A stretch of 64,000 bases of DNA from an uncultured virus (IMG/VR IMGVR_UViG_2609459938_000002). Its lineage: Duplodnaviria > Heunggongvirae > Uroviricota > Caudoviricetes. A program made the translations under genes and the position numbers. Below, piece by piece: positions 57,520 to 64,000 of this stretch (positions are counted from its first letter, which is position 1; every line of letters starts with the position of its first letter). A model generated the notes under the pieces. The model was not told where the DNA came from. It saw only the letters and a list, made by a program, of their open reading frames with translations, and made no database searches. The stretch spans positions 1-64,000 of IMG/VR virus record IMGVR_UViG_2609459938_000002. One strand, written 5' to 3'.

Positions 57520-57570
57520 GTTATTTTCTTGTTGAGTTCAGTCCCTGCCTTGCTTATATCCTACCCAAAA

Positions 57571-57974
57571 ATGAGTGGGTGGATTGTGATTAAAAAATGT
57601 TATGCAAGAATGTCTGATCCAGCTTCAGGTGACAAACTGTCATTGGCAGTACTTGTATCAGATGGTGGACTTAAGATTTTTATCTATTATTTTAATAAAG
57701 GAGTTGGGCTCTCTCTCATGGTATAAAAGATAAGCATGGTAAGTATATTTTACGAGGTGAGCAGAATGCTTGGAATATCAATCTTGTCAGAGATAACACG
57801 ATTGATTACACTCTTTTGGTGGTTAATGATTACACCGGTGGAAATGGTGATTCCGATAAATCCTCCCCTATGCTTTGCGCATTGCGCGAGGGGCAGATAC
57901 TCATTATCGAATGCAAAAATAATTTTATAAGAAAACCATTAAGGCTTGATGAGCTCAGGTTTGAATATAACTAA
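57571..57974 (+). pseudogene. Low-GC moron gene frameshifted in a CT repeat
   Basis: Removing one CT from CTCTCTCTC (57709-57717) joins two open frames into 133 aa. Confidence 0.55.
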
Positions 57975-58481
57975 TCATCATACGCGCCTTATATGTTCGA
58001 AGGACATAACAACTCTTAGGTATCCTGTTTCTGGATATCCTGGAAATGTGCTGCTGGTGGGCTTAGTTCTTGGAGCCTTTTGTCCAGCAGTTTCAGGTTA
58101 TAAAAAACCCCGTGGAGTAAATCCGACAAATTGACGGGGTGCTGCAGGGGCAGCCAATGTAGGAGTGTAGTCAGATTGCGGGATGTTTTTCTACTGGTTT
58201 TGAGAAAAAATGGAAGGCCAGATACTACAGGAAGTGGCTCATCCCTGAGCTCACAGGTAGAATGACGGACTTTGTCGTGGCAGAGCAAAGTCATTAGATA
58301 GTTTAGACAACACTCCGGATATAACAAGTGTAGCGGGTGTAAATCAGTTAACGGAGCTCAGCGGCTAAGGCATCAAGCATTCCCTAAGTGGCTTTGATAA
58401 TGCTATAGTTCGCCAGAAAGAACAGATTGCATGGTGTCATACGATACAGCTCATATTTAGAACGTCAGGGTTAAGTTAGCG

Positions 58482-58670
58482 GTGAATATAACTATTAATA
58501 GTGGGTTTTTTGGTTATTTGCTTTTTTTATTGACTATGTGGCCAGTTTTTATAACGCTGTGTCTAGCAATGTCTATAGCATTTTACGGAGTCTTAATGAA
58601 GAAGACTGCACTTGCCTGGCTGCTTTCTGCTTTATTTTTTAGCATATTTGGGGGGCTGTATGGGTATTAA
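58482..58670 (+). CDS. Small membrane protein
   Basis: Highly hydrophobic 62-aa ORF. Confidence 0.55.
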   Translation: MNITINSGFFGYLLFLLTMWPVFITLCLAMSIAFYGVLMKKTALAWLLSALFFSIFGGLYGY

Positions 58671-58774
58671 TTTACTGATATTGAGGTTTTTTTCGAAGTC
58701 TGCAAGAATTCATTGCTGTCGTCATCCATCGAATTCATGTATGCTGATAAGGATTTTTAAAGGAAAAGGAATGG

Positions 58775-58999
58775 ATGATGAATACCCAGAAGCTTCTGGA
58801 TACATACATGTTAGTTGGTGCCGGTCTTTCTCGCGTCAAATATGAGATTTTCACGGGAGATGAAGGGTCATATGCATTTATTACGATTTATGCATATGAG
58901 CCTCATTTCCATATTAAGGGCTATGATTCCTTAAAGTTAGACGAAACTGTTGATGTCAGATCTCAGATCGAAGGGCATTTCGCAGATACCTACCAGTAG
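58775..58999 (+). CDS. Hypothetical moron protein
   Basis: AGGA RBS; terminator at 59024-59047. Confidence 0.65.
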   Translation: MMNTQKLLDTYMLVGAGLSRVKYEIFTGDEGSYAFITIYAYEPHFHIKGYDSLKLDETVDVRSQIEGHFADTYQ

Positions 59000-59152
59000 C
59001 CAAAACCATATTTCTGAATCTACAGCCCCGCTTATGCGGGGCTTTTTATTGGGGTGAATATGGCATCAAGTTCACCCAAGTTCACCCTGGCATCATCCCT
59101 GTAACACAAAACGGTGTTAACGACTGCGTTATCACTAACTTCGGAAAAAGTT

Positions 59153-59515
59153 ATGCCTCCACGCGCTAAACGACCTTGCCGGCACAAAGGATGCACGGCA
59201 GTAACGAATGATGTCAGTGGGTTCTGTGAGATCCATCGGCAGCAACACGCCGGTGATGGCTGGCGTAACTATCAGCCCGGAAAAACTCGGCATGAACGTG
59301 GTTATGGTCGTCCGTGGGAAATTAAACGGGCCCGTATCATGAAGAGGGATAAATACCTTTGTCAGAACTGCAGGCGAGACGGTATTGCCACGAAAGCCTC
59401 AAGTGTCGACCACATCATTCCTAAAGCTCATGGCGGTACCGATGAGGACTTTAATCTGGAGTCATTGTGCTGGACCTGCCACAGCAAGAAAACAGCAACA
59501 GAGAGAACCCGATGA
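59153..59515 (+). CDS. HNH endonuclease
   Basis: RGYG..W, CQNC, VDHIIP, NLESLCWTCH. Confidence 0.9.
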   Translation: MPPRAKRPCRHKGCTAVTNDVSGFCEIHRQQHAGDGWRNYQPGKTRHERGYGRPWEIKRARIMKRDKYLCQNCRRDGIATKASSVDHIIPKAHGGTDEDFNLESLCWTCHSKKTATERTR

Positions 59516-59784
59516 AGAGTTTCAAAATTGAATACGTTGATGGCGTTTTGACCGTTCTGGAGACTGATGGTCAGTCACGAATGAATGAAGCCGTGCATGG
59601 CATCCATTTTGAGCATGTCCAGGGCGGCCGCCCACTGCTGAAACTGACGATTGCGCATGATATTGCACCGGCACCAGCTGCTGAGTCGGCTCAGGAACCT
59701 TTAGTGGGTGAGTTGGTACAGGATCAACAATCTCCGTTTCCCCGCGGTCGTCGTTCCCGCCATCGTAGGGGAGGTAAGCAATGA
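59512..59784 (+). CDS. Hypothetical protein
   Basis: ATGA overlap; N-terminus resembles 16213-16422 (KIEYxDG). Confidence 0.6.
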   Translation: MKSFKIEYVDGVLTVLETDGQSRMNEAVHGIHFEHVQGGRPLLKLTIAHDIAPAPAAESAQEPLVGELVQDQQSPFPRGRRSRHRRGGKQ

Positions 59785-60203
59785 TGTATAAACGCACGGA
59801 TCTGACGCTCTCCATGTTCTATGCATCCAGCGCTGATGCAGACGGGAACAAAGTGGCTACGTTGACGATGCAGGTAATTGCAGCAGAGGTTGGAGCCGTC
59901 CAGACCAGCCAGCTGCGATGTATAACCGATAGCGCGAAGAAAAAAACGTATAGCGTAGGTGAACAATCTGTCAGTAATGGTTCCGATCCGTTGCTGGTCG
60001 CGATTGAGAATTACTGGCGTCAGAGCACGGATGTCGTCGTTAAAGGATTGATCGCCGAGGTGACCGACTTCATTGCAGGGAACATCAACTCAGTTAGCAC
60101 CTGGATCGGTCAGTTTGGGATGAAGGTTTTCGAGAATCAGCCATTAGCTGAACGGCTACCAGAAAGTGTACTGCAGGCCGATGGCAGTACGCCCGAAAGA
60201 TGA
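59781..60203 (+). CDS. Hypothetical protein
   Basis: GGAGGT RBS; ORF. Confidence 0.65.
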   Translation: MMYKRTDLTLSMFYASSADADGNKVATLTMQVIAAEVGAVQTSQLRCITDSAKKKTYSVGEQSVSNGSDPLLVAIENYWRQSTDVVVKGLIAEVTDFIAGNINSVSTWIGQFGMKVFENQPLAERLPESVLQADGSTPER

Positions 60204-60276
60204 GCATTCACAGAGGTCGTTCAATGAGCGGCCTCGATAATTGTCCAGCAATTACAAACGATAATCATTATCTAAT

Positions 60277-60323
60277 GGGTCCTCCCGGCGGGGTGGCCTT
60301 CCACGGGGCGGCGCGCTCGCGGG
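60277..60323 (+). other. Lambda-like cos (cosQ GGGTCCT 60277-60283; predicted 12-nt cohesive end GGGCGGCGCGCT 60306-60317)
   Basis: Aligns with lambda GGGTCCT...ACGGGGCGGCGACCTCGCGGG; directly upstream of terS. Confidence 0.85.
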
Positions 60324-60434
60324 AATCGGCTGGTTTTCTGGATCCATGGTCATCATCATCATTTGCACAGGTTGTTGATTTTATTGATGCCTGTTTTGCA
60401 ATGATGTGGAAATGGTTAAAAAGTGTTCACCATC

Positions 60435-60923
60435 ATGGATCAGGAAATCGCTTCTCTGAAGCTGAATATCAATCAGCTGGCGGGCATAACCAATGTCCAC
60501 CGTCAGACAGTGGCCGCCAGGCTGAAAAATGTTGAGCCGGCGCCAGGCAGCAACAGCAAACTAAAACTGTATTTAGTTACCGACGTTCTGGCTGAGTTAA
60601 TGATCCCCACGGTTTCAACAAATCTTGAGGACATGCCGCCGGCTGACAGGCTGGCGCACTGGAAAGCAGAGAACGAGCGGATCAAGTTTGAGCAGGATAC
60701 GGGGCAACTGATCCCGGCAGATGAAGTTGCCAGGGAGTTTTCAGTAATGGCAAAAGCTGTAGTGATGGTGCTTGAAACCCTCCCTGATGTACTCGAGCGC
60801 GATTGTGCGCTTCCACCTGCAGCGGTTTCCCGTGTTCAAAGTGTGATTGACGATTTGCGCGACCAGATGGCCCAGAAGGTCATGGAAGCCGAAGCAGAGG
60901 AGGATGAGCCAGAGGAGGACTGA
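60435..60923 (+). CDS. terS: Terminase small subunit (DUF1441/Nu1-like)
   Basis: LNINQLA..HRQTV; position after cos. Confidence 0.85.
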   Translation: MDQEIASLKLNINQLAGITNVHRQTVAARLKNVEPAPGSNSKLKLYLVTDVLAELMIPTVSTNLEDMPPADRLAHWKAENERIKFEQDTGQLIPADEVAREFSVMAKAVVMVLETLPDVLERDCALPPAAVSRVQSVIDDLRDQMAQKVMEAEAEEDEPEED

Positions 60924-63025
60924 TGGCAAAGCGGGCATCCGCCAGGGGGATCCGTCGGGATGTCTCCGGAATTTTACGCGCGCCACGCCGCATGCTGGTT
61001 GCCGACGCGGTGGCCGAGTATATGCGTGTGCCAATGGGCGCCGGTAACTCGGTCCCGTGGGATCCTAATCTGGCCCCTTATGTTATCGAGCCAATGAATT
61101 GCCTGGCGTCACGCGAGTATGATGCTGTGGTGTTTGTCGGCCCGGCACGAACGGGTAAGACTATTGGCCTGATTGATGGCTGGATTGTATACAGCATCGT
61201 TTGTGACCCGGCTGATATGCTGGTAATCCAGGTCTCCGAAGAGAAAGCGCGCGAACATTCAAAAAAGCGTCTTGATCGCACATTCCGTTGCAGCCCGCAG
61301 GTTAAATCAAGACTGAGCCCTCGCCGTAACGATAACAACGTTCACGATCGCACATTCCGTGCAGGTAACTATCTGAAGCTAGGCTGGCCTTCAGTCAATA
61401 TTATGTCCTCGTCGGACTATAAATTTGTTGCTCTCACCGACTACGACCGCTTCCCGGAGGACATCGACGGGGAGGGGGACGGATTCTCGCTTGCCTCCAA
61501 ACGTACCACCACATTTATGTCATCGGGGATGACCTTGGTCGAAAGCTCACCTGGCCGCGACATTCTCGATACGAAATGGCGGCAGAGTTCACCCCATGAA
61601 GCACCGCCCACAACGGGCGCGTTGTCGCTGTATAACCGCGGGGACCGCCGGCGGCTTTACTGGCCTTGCCCGCATTGTGGGGAATATTTTCAGCCTGAAG
61701 TTGCCAACATGACTGGCTACCGTGACACGACGGACCTGGTCACAGCCAGCGAAGCGGCCTATCTGCAATGCCCGGCCTGCAAAGGAAAAGTGCTTCCTGC
61801 GATGAAGCGCGAGCTGAACATGAAAAGCGTCTGGCTACGTGACGGGCAGTCAATTGATCGGGATGGAAACATTACAGGGGAGGGGCGGCGGTCACGCATT
61901 GCTTCTTTCTGGATGGAAGGGCCAGCAGCTGCTTACCAGACCTGGTCACAGCTAATTTATAAATATCTGGCGGCTGAACAGGAATACGAAAAAACCCATA
62001 GCGAAGAAACACTAAAAACGGTCGTTAACACTGACTTTGGTCGCCCTTATCTGCCGCGGGCGAGTACCGAACAGCGTAAAAGCGAACTGCTCGAACAGCG
62101 GGCCGAAGATGTCCCGAAACGTTGTGTGCCTGATGGTGTTTGTTTCCTGGTGGCAACGGTTGACGTTCAGGGGGGACGTAATCGCCGCTTTGTCGTTCAG
62201 GTCACTGGCTACGGAAGCATGGGCGAACGGTGGCTGGTGGACCGTTATAACATCCGCCAGTCACTCCGCTGCGACGCTAACGGCGAAAGCCTGCCCATCG
62301 ATCCAGCCAGTTACCCGGAGGACTGGGATCTGCTGCTGACCGATGTCTTTTACAAGACGTGGCGAATGGCATCCGATCCCCGCCGGTGTATGCGCCTGAT
62401 GGCAATGGCAGTCGATTCCGGCGGTGAGGATGGTGTCACCGATAATGCCTACCGATTCTGGCGTAAATGCCGTCGGGAGGGAATTGGCCGGAATGTTTAC
62501 CTGTTTAAAGGTGACGGTCATCGACGCGAAAAGCTGATCACCCAATCCCTGCCAGATAACACCGGCCGTTCGGCGCGCCGGGCGAAAGCCGCTGGGGATG
62601 TCCCGCTATATCTGCTGCAAACCAATGACCTCAAAGACCGGGTAAACAATGCCTTGTGGCGCGAAACACCGGGGCCGAATTACATCCATTTCCCGAAGTG
62701 GCTGGGGAGCTGGTTTTACGACGAACTGACTTACGAGGAGCGTGATTCTGATGGCAAATGGAGCAAGCCGGGTCGCGGCGCCAACGAAGCTTTTGACCTG
62801 CTGGTTTACGCTGATGCGCTGGTTATCCTTCGCGGATACGAAAAAATTAAATGGCCTGATGCGCCTGACTGGGCGCGGCGGGAAACGTGGATGGAGAACG
62901 TGCCGCCGGAAACTGGCGAAGAAGCACCCCCGGCGCCAGCGCCGGTGCAGACCAAAAAGCGCAAACGCAAAAAAACCGTAACTGATGATGCTAACCCATG
63001 GGCCACCTCAGGAGGCTGGTTATGA
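60923..63025 (+). CDS. terL: Terminase large subunit (gpA family)
   Basis: GPARTGKT, CPHCG, VDVQ, NEAFD. Confidence 0.93.
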   Translation: MAKRASARGIRRDVSGILRAPRRMLVADAVAEYMRVPMGAGNSVPWDPNLAPYVIEPMNCLASREYDAVVFVGPARTGKTIGLIDGWIVYSIVCDPADMLVIQVSEEKAREHSKKRLDRTFRCSPQVKSRLSPRRNDNNVHDRTFRAGNYLKLGWPSVNIMSSSDYKFVALTDYDRFPEDIDGEGDGFSLASKRTTTFMSSGMTLVESSPGRDILDTKWRQSSPHEAPPTTGALSLYNRGDRRRLYWPCPHCGEYFQPEVANMTGYRDTTDLVTASEAAYLQCPACKGKVLPAMKRELNMKSVWLRDGQSIDRDGNITGEGRRSRIASFWMEGPAAAYQTWSQLIYKYLAAEQEYEKTHSEETLKTVVNTDFGRPYLPRASTEQRKSELLEQRAEDVPKRCVPDGVCFLVATVDVQGGRNRRFVVQVTGYGSMGERWLVDRYNIRQSLRCDANGESLPIDPASYPEDWDLLLTDVFYKTWRMASDPRRCMRLMAMAVDSGGEDGVTDNAYRFWRKCRREGIGRNVYLFKGDGHRREKLITQSLPDNTGRSARRAKAAGDVPLYLLQTNDLKDRVNNALWRETPGPNYIHFPKWLGSWFYDELTYEERDSDGKWSKPGRGANEAFDLLVYADALVILRGYEKIKWPDAPDWARRETWMENVPPETGEEAPPAPAPVQTKKRKRKKTVTDDANPWATSGGWL

Positions 63026-63234
63026 ATAAAAGTGATATTGAGGCCATGATCCAGCGCTATGCCGAAGCGGAGATGGCGGTACTGGATGGCAAATCCATCA
63101 AATTTAACGGTCAGGAAATGACTATGGAAAACCTGTCCGAAATCCGTAAAGGGCGGCAGGAGTGGGAGCGGCGTCTTTCTTCCCTGAATAATCAGCGCCG
63201 GGGGCGGCCTGGCTACAAACTGGCGAGGTTTTAA
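63022..63234 (+). CDS. gpW-like head completion protein
   Basis: Small ORF between terL and portal. Confidence 0.75.
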   Translation: MNKSDIEAMIQRYAEAEMAVLDGKSIKFNGQEMTMENLSEIRKGRQEWERRLSSLNNQRRGRPGYKLARF

Positions 63235-64000
63235 TGTCTTTACTTGATGATGCGATAGGTGTCATTTCTCCCGGCTGGAAGGCTGCGAGGCTAAGATCCC
63301 GCGCCATGATACAGGCATATGAAGCCGTTAAGCCCACCCGCACCCACAAAGCCCGAAGAGAGAATCGTTCCGCTGACCAGCTCAGCAAGATGGGGGCCGT
63401 CTCTCTCCGTGAGCAGGCGAGGTGGCTTGATAATAACCACGATTTAGTGATTGGCATTTTCGATAAGCTTGAAGAGCGGGTGGTAGGTAAAAGCGGGATT
63501 ATCGTGGAGCCGCATCCGAAGCTCAAGAATGGCAAGATCGCTAAAAAGCTGGCGGCGGATATCCGGCAGAAATGGGGGGAATGGTCTATTCGACCGGAAG
63601 TGACCCATCAGTTTACCCGCCCCATGCTGGAGCGCCTGATGTTACGCAGCTGGTTGCGCGACGGGGAGGTTTTTGCACAGATCGTCAGCGGCACAGGCAA
63701 TGGCCTGACGCCTACCGCCGGGGTGCCGTTCTGGCTGGAAGCGCTTGAGGCTGATTTTGTTCCCCAGACCAGCAACGAGTCAGACAAGCTAAATCAGGGT
63801 GTATATACCGATAACTGGGGCAGGCCAAAGGGCTATCTGGTTTATAAAAGCCTGCCGGTCTCTGGCAGGCAACTGGAAACGAAACGGGTTGATGCGGAAA
63901 ACATGCTCCACCTGAAGTTTGTCCGCCGGCTGCATCAGACGCGCGGAACGTCGCTTTTGTCCGGCGTTCTTATGCGACTCAGTGCTCTGAAAGAATACGA
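63234..64000 (+). CDS. Lambda-family portal protein (partial)
   Basis: AYEA, LREQAR.L..N, RDGEVF, QTRG; runs off the window end. Confidence 0.9.
   Translation, partial: MSLLDDAIGVISPGWKAARLRSRAMIQAYEAVKPTRTHKARRENRSADQLSKMGAVSLREQARWLDNNHDLVIGIFDKLEERVVGKSGIIVEPHPKLKNGKIAKKLAADIRQKWGEWSIRPEVTHQFTRPMLERLMLRSWLRDGEVFAQIVSGTGNGLTPTAGVPFWLEALEADFVPQTSNESDKLNQGVYTDNWGRPKGYLVYKSLPVSGRQLETKRVDAENMLHLKFVRRLHQTRGTSLLSGVLMRLSALKEY

Larger units (their letters stand above)
39714..64000. mobile_element. Prophage 2, Rac/Gifsy-like early region with lambda-type cos packaging; continues beyond the window
   Basis: att-int-xis-exo-immunity-replication-Q-lysis-cos-terminase-portal. Confidence 0.95.

Noticed and set aside
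60200..60535. 111-aa ORF across cos
   Set aside because: Overlaps the cos site and terS start; likely spurious
1..64000. IS elements, rRNA, antibiotic-resistance or classical toxin genes
   Set aside because: No transposase, rRNA or recognisable resistance or toxin sequence seen

Overview
The window holds two lambdoid prophages in tandem at the icd (isocitrate dehydrogenase) attachment site of an enterobacterium, probably Klebsiella (inferred from gene content). Prophage 1 (1 to ~39.7 kb, attL just left of the window) looks complete. It carries int/xis, ParB-like and RdgC genes, cI/cro, replication with iterons, Dam, RusA, Q, a lysis cassette with no recognisable spanins, an Acb2-like anti-CBASS gene, an HK97-type head, a siphovirus tail, a beta-helix tailspike, an Mtd/CLec-like protein, low-GC cargo and a LexA-controlled umuD-like pair. 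A 165-bp copy of the icd 3' end (39714-39878) separates the two prophages. Prophage 2 (39.7 kb to beyond 64 kb) is Rac/Gifsy-like in its early region and has phage-21-type lysis, a lambda-like cos site, terminase and portal. The most notable candidates are: (i) a low-GC three-gene cassette (C5 DNA methyltransferase convergent with a GHKL/MORC-like ATPase and a SAM-fold protein) inserted into prophage 2's early operon; (ii) a structured RNA motif present three times with compensatory base changes; (iii) a ~210-nt multi-stem non-coding element next to the acb2-like gene; (iv) a DGR-target-like protein with no retroelement in the window. All family assignments come from motif recognition by eye; no database searches or folding programs were run.
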